The notes under the pieces are model-generated. The model ran no database searches. It was not told the origin of the DNA and saw only the letters and a program-made list of their open reading frames with translations. Positions 1 through 10,036 of a stretch of 64,000 bases of DNA are shown here, piece after piece. Positions within the stretch are counted from its first letter, which is position 1. Every line of letters begins with the position of its first letter. The stretch is taken from contig CAVPNL010000005.1 in NCBI GenBank assembly GCA_963706575.1, positions 288,001-352,000 on the forward strand, read 5' to 3'. Both the position numbers and the translations under genes were made by a program. This DNA comes from an uncultured delta proteobacterium (GTDB lineage Bacteria > Desulfobacterota > Desulfobacteria > Desulfobacterales > JAHEIW01).

Positions 1-1
1 A

Positions 2-2347
2 GCGGCCGGAAAGCGGGTCCTCGTGCCATTTGGTCAACGCAGGGTAACCGGCTATATTTTGGGACCTTCGCAAGATTCCGCGACGGCTGAAATCAAGCAT
101 ATTTTGGATGTGCTCGATGAACAACCCCTGTTTGAGTCGGCGATGATTTCTTTTTTCAAATGGATTTCAGACTACTATAAACATCCTATCGGTGATGTAA
201 TCAAAAATGCGTTGCCGGGCGGCCTGACGCTTTATGATTATGCCTCGATAACGATTACACCGCAGGGCAAGCAGGTGTTAAAAAGCGATGTGATCAATCC
301 ATTAGAAAGGGCGGTCCTGGAACTGATTGATTCCGGGCCATGTCGTCTGAATTATTTGAACCGCAAGCTGAATCAGGTGGTGCCCGCAGCCCTTATCCAT
401 TCGCTTCAACGCAGTGGATATATATTAAAGACCCGAGAGTTAAGGGAAGCTTCGATAAAGACCCGTCAGGAGCGGTTTTTCGCTCTGACAGATCCTGTTC
501 CCGCTCTGGATCGGCTTTCGAAACCCCGTAAAAAGATCATTGAGATCCTCGGCAATCAGGGCGAAATTTCGATGTCCGAACTCAAAAAGCATGTGCCAAC
601 CGCAGCGCGTCTGGTTCGGGCGCTTGAAAATGACGGATACCTAACGGTTCGGCATAAACGGGTTTATCGAGATCCATTTGGAGAGCCTATTCGCGCTGAC
701 ATCCCCCCCACTCTGAACACCGAGCAGCAAACGGTCGTCTTACAAATCGTTGATTCTCTAAATAAAGGGTTTTCAACCTTTCTCTTGCAGGGGGTCACCG
801 GCAGCGGTAAAACCGAAGTCTACATGCAGGTTGCTGCTGAAACCCTCAAACAGGGAAAGTCCGTTTTAGTGCTGGTACCGGAGATTGCGCTCATCACCCA
901 GATGGAGAGGCGATTTCGAGCCCGATTCGGCCAACGCATTGCCGTGCTTCACAGTGGTCTTTCAGCCGGTGAGCGCTATGATCAATGGAGCCGTATTTTA
1001 CAGCAAAAAGCGGATATAGCCATTGGCGCGCGATCGGCCATTTTCGCCCCGTTTCCAGAAGTGGGGCTTTTGATCGTAGATGAAGAGCACGATAGCTCCT
1101 ATAAACAGGAAAATAATTTGCGGTATAATGCCAGGGATCTTGCAGTGGTCAGGGCTAAACTCAATGATTGCGTGGCCCTGCTGGGATCAGCGACGCCTTC
1201 GATTCAGACCTGTTATAATGCTTTCGCAAAGAAATTTATTCAACTTAACCTAAAGCAGCGCATCGAAAACCGCCCGTTGCCTGATATAAAAATCGTTGAC
1301 CTTCGTGAAAACCTGGGGTACCGGGGAGTGCAGCGGTTCATTACGCCGGTGTTGCAACAGGCCATCAAAGACACGCTTGATCGTGACCAACAGGTGCTGC
1401 TCTTTTTAAACCGCCGCGGGTTTGCCAATTTTGCACTCTGTCAATCATGCGGACAGCCGCAGCGCTGCAAACATTGTGATATTTCCCTTACCTATCATCA
1501 GAAGGCCAATGCATTTAAATGTCATTACTGTGGATTTTCCCGTGCGGCAACATCCCGTTGCGACATTTGCGGATCTTCTAAAATAAGGAAATTGGGGCTC
1601 GGCACCGAAAAAATTGAGACCACGGTCCACAAACTTTTTCCCGACGCCCGGGTTGCCCGCATGGATCGGGATACCACCTCAAGGAAGGGGGCCATTGTCA
1701 AATTGCTTAAAGGTCTCAAAGATCAAACCATTGATATCCTTGTCGGAACTCAAATGGTAGCTAAAGGCCACGATTTTCCAAATATTACCCTGGTGGGAAT
1801 CATCTGCGCTGATCTTTCGCTGAACTTTCCCGATTTTAGAGCCGGCGAACGGACGTTTCAACTTCTGGCGCAGGTGGCCGGGCGGGCGGGAAGAGGGTCT
1901 TTTCCGGGGCGGGTCATTCTGCAAACCTACAATTCGGAACACTTCAGTATATTGGCTGCCAGAGATCAGGATTTTAATTCTTTTTACCATCAGGAGATCA
2001 CTTTTCGCAAAGCCTTAAATTATCCTCCGTTTTCAAGAATGATCCAACTTAAGATCTCCGGCAAAGATCCGGCGCTGACCCGAAATTACGCACACCAATT
2101 GGGCGATAGATGCCGGACGCTGAAAACGTCAAATTCATCGCTTTACGGCAGCGTTGAAATCATGGGACCGATTGAATCATCCCTGACAAAAGTCGCCCGG
2201 CGATATCGATGGCAAATCCTTTTAAAAGGCAGGTATGCCAGGGCCTTGCATCAATTTGCCAGTCAGCTTCTGGCTGAAAATTCCAGCGTGTTTCATAATA
2301 GCCGGGTGAGGGTGGTTGTAGACGTAGATCCCGTCTCTCTCCTGTAA
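2..2347 (+). CDS. priA: Primosomal protein N' (replication restart helicase), 5'-truncated by the window edge
   Basis: Walker A GVTGSGKT, DEEH box, two Cys-rich Zn knuckles (CQSC, CKHC, CHYC, CDIC), QVAGRAGR. The frame is open back to position 2 (AAGKRVLVPFG). Confidence 0.95.
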   Translation, partial: AAGKRVLVPFGQRRVTGYILGPSQDSATAEIKHILDVLDEQPLFESAMISFFKWISDYYKHPIGDVIKNALPGGLTLYDYASITITPQGKQVLKSDVINPLERAVLELIDSGPCRLNYLNRKLNQVVPAALIHSLQRSGYILKTRELREASIKTRQERFFALTDPVPALDRLSKPRKKIIEILGNQGEISMSELKKHVPTAARLVRALENDGYLTVRHKRVYRDPFGEPIRADIPPTLNTEQQTVVLQIVDSLNKGFSTFLLQGVTGSGKTEVYMQVAAETLKQGKSVLVLVPEIALITQMERRFRARFGQRIAVLHSGLSAGERYDQWSRILQQKADIAIGARSAIFAPFPEVGLLIVDEEHDSSYKQENNLRYNARDLAVVRAKLNDCVALLGSATPSIQTCYNAFAKKFIQLNLKQRIENRPLPDIKIVDLRENLGYRGVQRFITPVLQQAIKDTLDRDQQVLLFLNRRGFANFALCQSCGQPQRCKHCDISLTYHQKANAFKCHYCGFSRAATSRCDICGSSKIRKLGLGTEKIETTVHKLFPDARVARMDRDTTSRKGAIVKLLKGLKDQTIDILVGTQMVAKGHDFPNITLVGIICADLSLNFPDFRAGERTFQLLAQVAGRAGRGSFPGRVILQTYNSEHFSILAARDQDFNSFYHQEITFRKALNYPPFSRMIQLKISGKDPALTRNYAHQLGDRCRTLKTSNSSLYGSVEIMGPIESSLTKVARRYRWQILLKGRYARALHQFASQLLAENSSVFHNSRVRVVVDVDPVSLL

Positions 2348-2499
2348 ACCGGTTTAATAGCATTCACCCTTTGCCCGAGGGCTATGCTGCCCCGCAAGCA
2401 TTTGCGGGATTTTACATCGAGCCAACTTGACAGCAATCGTTTGAAATCATAAAATTTATAGATTGGGTAAATTTTGAATCCAGAGAAGGAGTATGGTTA

Positions 2500-3573
2500 A
2501 TGCCAAAAAAGGGACGAGTTGTTCTAATATTGTTATTGGTTGTGGTTTGTCTCAGCGCGTATGCGTATGGGGACAAAAGCGACGACGGGCGCGTCAACCT
2601 ATCAACTGTCTATTTCAAAAAAGATTCTGCGGGGATTGCAACGGAATTCGAAGATGACCTCAAGAAGGTTCAGGCAGCACTCGCAGCGGACCCAGCCATC
2701 GGTTTGCAAATAGAAGGCTATGGCCGGAATTCCGGCACACCTGAAAAAAATCGCACGATTTCGCAGAAACGAGCCGAGGCGGTGCAGCAGTGGTTTGTAA
2801 CCCACGGTGTCGATGCGAGTCGGATGGTGATCAAAAGCTTAGGCGATTCTGAGCCGGCAAGCGGGAAGGATAAGCCCGACGATCCCGCACTGGCCGAGCG
2901 CGTCGAGATTTTGCAGGTTTCTTTAAAACTGCCTTTGGCCCATCTGCCGGCCCTGCGTTATGAATTTGAGCCGATTTTGGAGGGCCGCCAAGTCACTCAC
3001 GATTTTGTCGTTCAGAACAAAGGTTCGGCAACGCTTGAGATTCAAAAAGTCAAAACCGACTGAGGATGCACGGCTGTCTCTTATACGAGGCAGATCCCTC
3101 CCGGCGGCGAGGGAAAAGTTACCCTGAAGGTTAGCACCAATCACAAAGGCGGCAAAAAAATACTAAAGAGCGCGACTATTTATACCAACGACAAAAAGAG
3201 TCCGCGACTGAAGCTTTCAATCATCGGAGAGGTTGAAAAATTTGTTACGATTCATCCCAGCCAGGTTCGATTGCATGGCGTTGCCGGACAAGTGCTAAAA
3301 AGAAGGGTGACCATCATACCCACACCAAAGTATCCTTTCAAAATCATAAAGACTCGTGTCAGGGAGGGCAAGGACATTTCCTATCAACTGTCGGAGGAAA
3401 AAAGTGAAAACGGGCACAAATATGCGCTGACCGTTGAAAATAAAAGGATACAGAAGGGGAGTTATTTCGATATCATTACGCTGGAAACCGACAGCAAGAT
3501 TCAGCCTGAACTTCAAATCCGAGTTTATGGTCAACTCCGGCAGCCAACTGAAAAAGAAAAAAAAGGTGATTAG
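2500..3573 (+). CDS. Exported OmpA-like plus DUF1573/Ig-like protein; predicted selenoprotein (Sec188, UGA 3061-3063), 357 aa
   Basis: ORFs 2500..3063 and 3271..3573 share one frame separated only by TGA. Read-through gives KVKTD-U-GCTAVSYTRQIPPGGEGKVTLKV, matching the DUF1573 'xCGCT...IPPG' pattern. Signal peptide and OmpA C-terminal motif (N..ISQKRAEAV) present. Confidence 0.8.
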
Positions 3574-3889
3574 AAGCTATCTCAAAATTAGCAGTTGACC
3601 TCGGAAGACAGAGAAAAAAAGTTTCCACGGTGCTCTAAATTTAGAATTGCCTAAAATGCCTAAAATGATCTAAAATGCCTAAAGTTGAGGAATTCTTTCC
3701 TATTTATAATAAAAGATGTAGCGACCACCTGGCGTACACGCCGCGTAAGCGCTGGCACAGCGCGAGCGCAATCTTAATTTTAGGCATTTTAGATCATTTT
3801 TAATTTTAGCTCATTTATTGTTATAAGCACCTTTTATAGTTTTAGAACTTTACTATCGGGTGTTAAATATATTTTTGAGATAGCTTCTA
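3571..3889. mobile_element. MITE-like element, copy 1 (17-bp terminal inverted repeats, nested internal palindrome)
   Basis: TAGAAGCTATCTCAAAA (3571-3587) and TTTTGAGATAGCTTCTA (3873-3889) are perfect inverted repeats. Internal CTAAAATG tandem units are mirrored by CATTTTAG units. Homologous to 6422-6727. Confidence 0.7.
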
Positions 3890-3899
3890 TTAGATTCGT

Positions 3900-4517
3900 A
3901 TGAAAAATCTTAAAGTAATTGTCTTTGATTGCGACGGTGTGCTTTTCGATACCGAAGCGGCCAACCGTGCCTATTACAATCAAATCTTAAAGCATTTTGG
4001 CAAACCGGTGATGACAACGGAGCAGTTTGTCTATGCCCATCAGCACACCTTAAATGAAGCCATAGCGCATTTATTTGATAATGAAGAAAACATTGCTGCC
4101 GTACACGCCTATCGCCAGACAATGGATTACAATCGATTTCTTAAATTATTGAGAATTGAGCCTCATCTGGTTGCGCTGCTCTCAAAGATCAAACCCAAAA
4201 TGAAAACCGCCATTGCCACCAACCGTTCCGACTCCATGGACCGGCTGCTGGCTGAATTTAACTTAACCGAACAGTTTGATCTGGTGGTGACTTCATTCGA
4301 TATCCCGCGTCCAAAGCCCCATCCGGACTCACTGCTTAAAATATTGTCCTATTTCAACATTGTGCCCCACCAGGCCCTATACGTCGGTGATTCGCAGGTA
4401 GACGCCGAGGCGGCCGTTGCCGCAGAGATTCCTTTTGTGGCCTATCGCAATGAAACATTGCCTACCCAATATCACATCGAAAACTTAAAAGACCTTGAAG
4501 AATTACTGGAGGTGTAA
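3900..4517 (+). CDS. HAD-family hydrolase (phosphoglycolate phosphatase-like)
   Basis: Motif I FDCDGVLFDT, KPHP, and YVGDSQVD motif IV. Confidence 0.85.
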   Translation: MKNLKVIVFDCDGVLFDTEAANRAYYNQILKHFGKPVMTTEQFVYAHQHTLNEAIAHLFDNEENIAAVHAYRQTMDYNRFLKLLRIEPHLVALLSKIKPKMKTAIATNRSDSMDRLLAEFNLTEQFDLVVTSFDIPRPKPHPDSLLKILSYFNIVPHQALYVGDSQVDAEAAVAAEIPFVAYRNETLPTQYHIENLKDLEELLEV

Positions 4518-4519
4518 AT

Positions 4520-4858
4520 ATGTCGGATGAACCTGCTGAATTAAACAAAGAGGAAGAAATCACTAAGGACGATGATGACTGGGAAAACCGGGTTTTGTGC
4601 AGCGATGAAAGCTGTATCGGCGTGATCGGGCCAGATGGTCGCTGTAAAGAATGCGGCAAATCTTCCAAAGAATCGCCAGTCGGAGAAAAAGAAGCAGCCC
4701 AAAGCGACAACACGCCGCAGGAAGACCTTGATGAGCGGCCGGCGCCTCAGTTCAACGATGATTGGGAGAACCGCACTTTATGCGGTGATGAAAGCTGTAT
4801 CGGCGTGATCGGCCCCGATGGCCGCTGCAAAGAATGCGGCAAGCCATACGATGGATAA
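4520..4858 (+). CDS. Small acidic protein with two tandem Cys4 (putative metal-binding) repeats
   Basis: DDWENRxLCxDESCIGVIGPDGRCKECGK occurs twice; GGAGG RBS upstream. Confidence 0.75.
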   Translation: MSDEPAELNKEEEITKDDDDWENRVLCSDESCIGVIGPDGRCKECGKSSKESPVGEKEAAQSDNTPQEDLDERPAPQFNDDWENRTLCGDESCIGVIGPDGRCKECGKPYDG

Positions 4859-4954
4859 CTTTGACGAATTCACGTTATCCTGCTAAAATTTGCTTAAGGA
4901 CCTGTAGCCGAAAAGAAGCTTAATACACCGAGAGGTTTTCATTTTAAATTAAGT

Positions 4955-5098
4955 TTGGAGTATTGGAGTACTGGAGCACTTAAGATTTCGGAATGCAAAT
5001 TTCGGATTTCGGATTTTGAGCGTGCGATGCATTTGATATTTCAATCCGCAATCTAAAATCCGCAATTGATTTTACTCCATCGCTCCAGTACTCCAGTA
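4955..5098. repeat. Nested inverted short-tandem repeat (8-mer TGGAGTAY outside, 7-mer ATTTCGG/AATCCGC inside)
   Basis: TGGAGTATTGGAGTACTGGAG pairs with CTCCATCGCTCCAGTACTCCA; the inner GATTTCGG units pair with AATCCGCAAT units. Confidence 0.7.
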
Positions 5099-5121
5099 AG
5101 CGTCGAGGACTAAAGCAATCC

Positions 5122-6330
5122 GTGTATTTACTAGATCTCATTCCTGCACCCACCTGGCGAGATATCGTCGATATTCTTTTTCTTACCATTGTTGCCTATC
5201 AACTTTACGTGTGGTTCCGCGAAAGTCGTGCTCTGCGGGTTATCATTGGCCTGGTGGCCCTGGGCGGCATTTATTCGATTGCCAAATTCTGGGATCTTTT
5301 TCTGACGACCTGGGTCTTTCAAATTTTGTGGCAAGTACTTCTCATTCTGTTGCTGATACTGTTCCAGGCAGAAATTCGTCAGGTATTGGAAAAGGTCAGT
5401 CCGATGAGGTATCTGCGTTCTCGCCGGCGTGTCTTTAAAAAAACATTTGCGAAAGAATTAACCCAGACGTTGTTTGAAATGGCGGCAGAGCGAACCGGTG
5501 CGCTCATTGTGCTTGCCCGAAATGACAACCCCTCCGAATTTGTCCGCGCCGGCCAAACGATTATGGCACTTCCGGAGGCGGCGTTGATCAAAAGCATTTT
5601 TAACCGCTATGCCCCTGCTCATGACGGTGCGATCGTTATCGTCCAAGATCGTATCACCCAAATGGGATGCATCCTGCCGCTGTCCGAAGATGAGAGTTTG
5701 CCTGAGAAATACGGCACCCGGCATCGGGCGGCTCTGGGGCTGTCCGAAGTCACAGATGCTATATGCTTGGTGGTATCTGAAGAACGTTCGGAGGTTGCGA
5801 CAGTTGTTGAAGGAAAAATCGCAACCTGGAAGGATCCTGAGGCCCTGATTGGCCATCTCAGCAAAATCGTCAGTGGACCCGAAATCCGGGTGCCGGGCAT
5901 AAAAAGTTTTCTCAAGGGGGTTTTCGTCGAAAATTGGCGGACCAAATTAAGCGCGCTGGCGCTTGTCACCATTGCGTGGCTCGTTTTGGCCAGCCAGCAG
6001 GAAGCAGAGCTTACCATGACCGCACCGGTGCAACACACCAACTTTGAGTCCGATCTGATGTTAGGCCCGGGATCAACGCCCACGGTCGATTTAACCGTAT
6101 CCGGCCGTCGTAATACAATCCGCACCCTGAAGGAGCAGGATGTTCAGGTCAGTGTCGACTTGAGTGGCATCACTTTCGGCCGGCATTTGATCAAGGTATC
6201 AGCCAAAAATATATTTTTGCCTTTCGGCGTCAAAATCGACCGGGTAGCACCGCAAAAAATTATGGTTAATCTGCGGCAGCGCCCCAAAGATTCTGAGCAT
6301 GGCTCCGGTCAACCATCCCCTGATCTGTAG
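5122..6330 (+). CDS. cdaA: Membrane diadenylate cyclase (CdaA/DisA_N) fused to a YbbR/CdaR-like domain
   Basis: Three N-terminal TM helices, HDGA and GTRHRAALG catalytic motifs, then a further TM and a YbbR-like beta domain. Confidence 0.85.
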   Translation: MYLLDLIPAPTWRDIVDILFLTIVAYQLYVWFRESRALRVIIGLVALGGIYSIAKFWDLFLTTWVFQILWQVLLILLLILFQAEIRQVLEKVSPMRYLRSRRRVFKKTFAKELTQTLFEMAAERTGALIVLARNDNPSEFVRAGQTIMALPEAALIKSIFNRYAPAHDGAIVIVQDRITQMGCILPLSEDESLPEKYGTRHRAALGLSEVTDAICLVVSEERSEVATVVEGKIATWKDPEALIGHLSKIVSGPEIRVPGIKSFLKGVFVENWRTKLSALALVTIAWLVLASQQEAELTMTAPVQHTNFESDLMLGPGSTPTVDLTVSGRRNTIRTLKEQDVQVSVDLSGITFGRHLIKVSAKNIFLPFGVKIDRVAPQKIMVNLRQRPKDSEHGSGQPSPDL

Positions 6331-6421
6331 CGCGATTTTAGGCTACCAGATCCACAAACTCTCGCCCTATATTCATTATCCTATTCTATAGCTAATCCAA
6401 AAACTCAGATCTCAGTAAATC

Positions 6422-6727
6422 TATAAGCTATCTCAAAATTAGCAGCTCATCTTGGAAGACAGAGAAAAAAGTTGCAGAGGTGCTTGAAAGTTAGAAGTGC
6501 CTAAAGTGACTAAAATGATCTAAAATGTCTAAAGTTGAAAAATTCTGTCATATTTATAATAAGAGAGGTAGCGCCACGCGGCGCAAACGCCTGCGCTGCG
6601 CGAGCGCGACCATAATTTTAGGCATTTTAGATCATTTTTAATTTTAGCCCATTTGGTGTTGTACAAACTTTTTTTCGATTTAAAACTGTACCATCGGGTG
6701 TTAAATGCATTTTTGAGATGGCTTCTA
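6422..6727. mobile_element. MITE-like element, copy 2
   Basis: TATAAGCTATCTCAAAA ... TTTTGAGATGGCTTCTA; internal sequence colinear with 3571-3889. Confidence 0.7.
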
Positions 6728-6762
6728 ATATATTTATAATCTCTTATAGAAATTTCGGGATG

Positions 6763-8451
6763 TTAATTTGCGGGCAGCCGAATCGTAAAAATCGCTCCAC
6801 CGTCGTTGGAATTTTCAGCAACAATGTAGCCTTTGTGATCCTCAATGATACCATGGCATATGGATAAGCCCACGCCCATACCCATGGTTTTTTTCTTGGT
6901 GAAAAAGGGATCAAAAATGTGCTCCAAATCTTTTTTGGAGATACCCGGCCCGGAGTCTTTGACTTTGATAATCAGTTCCTCATCCTGATTGAAGGTGTCG
7001 ATAAAGATATTTCCGCTATGGGTCGGAACCTCTTTTAGCTTTTCCTGAAATTCCGGAGCCCCGGTAATGGATTCGACCGCATTATTAATCAGATTCATAA
7101 GGACCTGCCCCAGTTGTTGCGGTGAACCCGTCAACCTGGGGAATTTAGCCGCTAGATTCAGATTGATTTTTACGCGGCTTTTTGTCAGATAACTGCGAAC
7201 CAGCATGGAGGTATTCTCGATAATCTGATTGATATCGATCGGTTGTTTTTTCTCTTTGCCCGGCCGATTCAGATCGATCAGGTTTCGTACCGTGTCACGA
7301 ATGCTTTCAAACGCACTTTTAACCAGATCCAGCTTTTCCAATAACTTCTTATCCTTTTTGTATTTTGTTTGAATAACATTGAGCAGCGCTGTAATTCCCT
7401 GAAGCGGTGAATTGATTTCGTGTGCAATAGAGGCCGCCAGCTGGCCGGTGGCTGCCAGCCTTTCGGAGCGGATCAGCTGATTTTGAAGCATTTTCGTCTG
7501 GGTGACATCACGGGCGACACATAGAAAACAAAATTCACCCAGATAGGAAACGTATCGGCAATTGATTTCATTGGGAATAAGACTTTCGTCTTTGGCTTTC
7601 AGGCTCAGTTCAAATCGGTCTTCCTTTTCCCGGCTGACCTGCTTCATCATTTTTTGCACAAAGGGGACTTGATCGGTTTCGACCAGATCGGTGATATTAA
7701 GAGCCAGGAGTTCTTCTTTGCTATATCCCGTGCTTTCAAGAACCCGTTCGTTTGATTCAATCAGCTGTCCGTCGCGATTGAATATAAAAACACCCTCGGC
7801 GACATTGTCAAAAAGTTCTTTATATCGCATGAGCTCTTCGGCTTGCTTGAACTCGGTTGTATTGGTTGCAATGATGGTTGCCGCAACGACTCTGCCGCTG
7901 ATTCGCAGCGGACCGACGCGGTAGGTATGCCAGACGAGGTCGTTGCTTTCGCCCGCCCGGACTTCGAAACTATCGGTTTCTCCAGTGCGAAACACACTTT
8001 CGACACTGTCGATTGCCATCTCCTGATATTCCAACGGCAGAAATTCATAGAAACATCTGCCGATGGTTTGATCTGTTGAAAGCACGCCGGTGGACTGATT
8101 GACAAAGCGGATGATGCCATCGCGATCGACAGTGGTGATGATGTCCGGTGCAGTTTCCACCAGCGAGCGCCACAGTTCTTCTGATTCATCCAACTTTTTT
8201 TTGGCCAGTTTCAGCTTATTGATGATCGACTGCGCATGTGATCCAAAAATAATGAACAGGCATAGCACGACCACCCGGATATAAACATCATAAAGGTCCG
8301 GGCCGAAGAGTTCCGCGATTAAATTAAACTTATTGGAAAAAAACAGATTCAATATCGAATCCAGAACCCAGTAAATGGTCGCAATTAGAGCTACGGCCAG
8401 GACCATATTATCTGATAAACTTTCGCTATCAAATATAAGTTCGGTTTTCAT
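6763..8451 (-). CDS. Membrane PAS-PAS sensor histidine kinase
   Basis: Two TM helices, two PAS domains, H-box AHEINSPL, N/G boxes NLINNA, DSGPG, GMGVGL. Confidence 0.9.
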   Translation of the reverse strand: MKTELIFDSESLSDNMVLAVALIATIYWVLDSILNLFFSNKFNLIAELFGPDLYDVYIRVVVLCLFIIFGSHAQSIINKLKLAKKKLDESEELWRSLVETAPDIITTVDRDGIIRFVNQSTGVLSTDQTIGRCFYEFLPLEYQEMAIDSVESVFRTGETDSFEVRAGESNDLVWHTYRVGPLRISGRVVAATIIATNTTEFKQAEELMRYKELFDNVAEGVFIFNRDGQLIESNERVLESTGYSKEELLALNITDLVETDQVPFVQKMMKQVSREKEDRFELSLKAKDESLIPNEINCRYVSYLGEFCFLCVARDVTQTKMLQNQLIRSERLAATGQLAASIAHEINSPLQGITALLNVIQTKYKKDKKLLEKLDLVKSAFESIRDTVRNLIDLNRPGKEKKQPIDINQIIENTSMLVRSYLTKSRVKINLNLAAKFPRLTGSPQQLGQVLMNLINNAVESITGAPEFQEKLKEVPTHSGNIFIDTFNQDEELIIKVKDSGPGISKKDLEHIFDPFFTKKKTMGMGVGLSICHGIIEDHKGYIVAENSNDGGAIFTIRLPAN

Positions 8452-8654
8452 TTTTCATCTCGCTTTAAAATAATTCCAGATTCTTTTTTTTGTTCGTGTT
8501 TTCCTGCTGGCGGTCAATAAAAATTTTTATGACTGATTTGTTGTACCGGATGGCATAGAATATAGCTTAGATAATAATCGTTTTAGCCTAATTTGAATTT
8601 GATGGAAAATCAATTAAAATAAAAAAGGGAAACCATGCTTTATCGGCTCCGCAT

Positions 8655-8930
8655 TTATTTTCGCGAATTCATATAAAATAACATACGCGCTGCCCACTTT
8701 TCCTTATGCGTCACACACACATCCCCTTGGTCGTCCCGCGTGGCAATGACGACACCAAAATCTTCCGGCGACAGATGGCCGCATGCATCGCCCGACCACT
8801 CAGAAAAGTCCGGGTTCACGGAAATGAATTTTTCCAGGACATCAGCCGTTACTGAGATGCTGCAGCCCATTTCCGGTATTACAATCGTATCATTTTCTTT
8901 TTTATCATCGTGAACGTAAAAGGCAATCAT
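8655..8930 (-). CDS. Hypothetical protein
   Basis: 91-aa ORF with a strong AGGAGG RBS on the minus strand; no recognised domain. Confidence 0.6.
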   Translation of the reverse strand: MIAFYVHDDKKENDTIVIPEMGCSISVTADVLEKFISVNPDFSEWSGDACGHLSPEDFGVVIATRDDQGDVCVTHKEKWAARMLFYMNSRK

Positions 8931-9115
8931 GATTCCTCCTTGTTTGGAAAATGACGGGTTAACTTATTATAAGTCAGGCAGGGTCCAATTGCGAGATCCG
9001 GATCGATCCGATCACCCATCGGTTCGTTTTTGGCAAAGAGAAAAGAAATTTCAGTTGATTTTTGGCGCGAGATGGAATAAAAGAGGCCGTGGTACTTTAA
9101 TGATTGGAGGATTCA

Positions 9116-9298
9116 ATGGGTTTATCGATGGCTGCTGAGAAAACTTCAGATAAAAGGGACCCCGCAAAAGAAAATCGTCGTTCGAAGGTCGATCGGCGTA
9201 GATTTTCTTATACCGAATATATTCCCGAAAGGCGCTCCAACGGGGATCGACGTAAGGATGAAGAGACAAAAACTGAAAAGGTCCAAAACAGGGAGTAA
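9116..9298 (+). CDS. Small Arg-rich hypothetical protein (RR..DRR...ERR..DRR)
   Basis: GGAGG RBS before ATG 9116; followed by a terminator. Confidence 0.55.
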   Translation: MGLSMAAEKTSDKRDPAKENRRSKVDRRRFSYTEYIPERRSNGDRRKDEETKTEKVQNRE

Positions 9299-9329
9299 CC
9301 GGACGTCACTTTTTTTCATCCGCAAAATT

Positions 9330-9363
9330 AAAAAGGGAACCCGTCTAAGCGGGTTCCCTTTTT
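9330..9363. terminator. Intrinsic terminator (possibly bidirectional)
   Basis: AAAAAGGGAACCCG-tctaag-CGGGTTCCCTTTTT. Confidence 0.8.
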
Positions 9364-9387
9364 AATTGTAATTTTGTGAATCTGTAA

Positions 9388-9999
9388 ATGAGAATTTTAA
9401 CACTTTCAGATCGGGTTGAGCCCGTTTTGCATGATCAATTTGATCAACGGCAGTTTGAAGACGCCGACCTGATTCTCGCCTGCGGCGATCTACCACCGGA
9501 ATACCTCTCTTTTGTTTCCGGCAAATTGAACGTACCGCTTTATTTTGTGCGCGGCAACCATGACCTGCGTTATGATGCCGGCCCGCCGCCGGGCTGTGTC
9601 AATCTGGCAGATAAACTGGTTCAATTCAGGGGGAAAAATATTCTCGGGCTGGAAGGTTCTCGCTGGTACAATGGTGGGCCGCACCAGTATACCGAAAGGG
9701 AAATGCACCGGAAGATAAGAGGCTTGCGTCCCCGGATCTGGTGGAAAGGCGGAGTCGACATCGTCATTACGCATGCACCGCCACGGCACATCCATGATGC
9801 AGAAGACAGGTGTCACAGAGGCTTTAAGAGTTTTCGCTGGTTGATTGACAAATATTCACCGCATTATTTCATTCATGGACACATTCACGCGAATTTTAAC
9901 GAGCCGTCCGATCGGGTAACGATCGTTAACCGCACACGCGTTATTAATACCTATGGATATCATCTGTTTGATTTTGACGGCACCGCGGATGCAGAATAA
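9388..9999 (+). CDS. Calcineurin-like metallophosphoesterase
   Basis: SD, CGDL, RGNHD, THAPP and HGHIH metal-binding motifs. Confidence 0.85.
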   Translation: MRILTLSDRVEPVLHDQFDQRQFEDADLILACGDLPPEYLSFVSGKLNVPLYFVRGNHDLRYDAGPPPGCVNLADKLVQFRGKNILGLEGSRWYNGGPHQYTEREMHRKIRGLRPRIWWKGGVDIVITHAPPRHIHDAEDRCHRGFKSFRWLIDKYSPHYFIHGHIHANFNEPSDRVTIVNRTRVINTYGYHLFDFDGTADAE

Positions 10000-10036
10000 T
10001 TATTGAATCGGCGTTGGATACCACTGGATTACCGAA

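Noticed and set aside
3571..3889. Possible CRISPR array in the repeated CTAAAATG units
   Set aside because: The units are 9-10 nt with no unique spacers, and there are no cas genes; this is a palindromic element.
8551..8567. TGGCATAGAATATAGC as a sigma54 promoter
   Set aside because: The GG-GC spacing is 11 rather than 10, and it points into the 3' end of a minus-strand gene.
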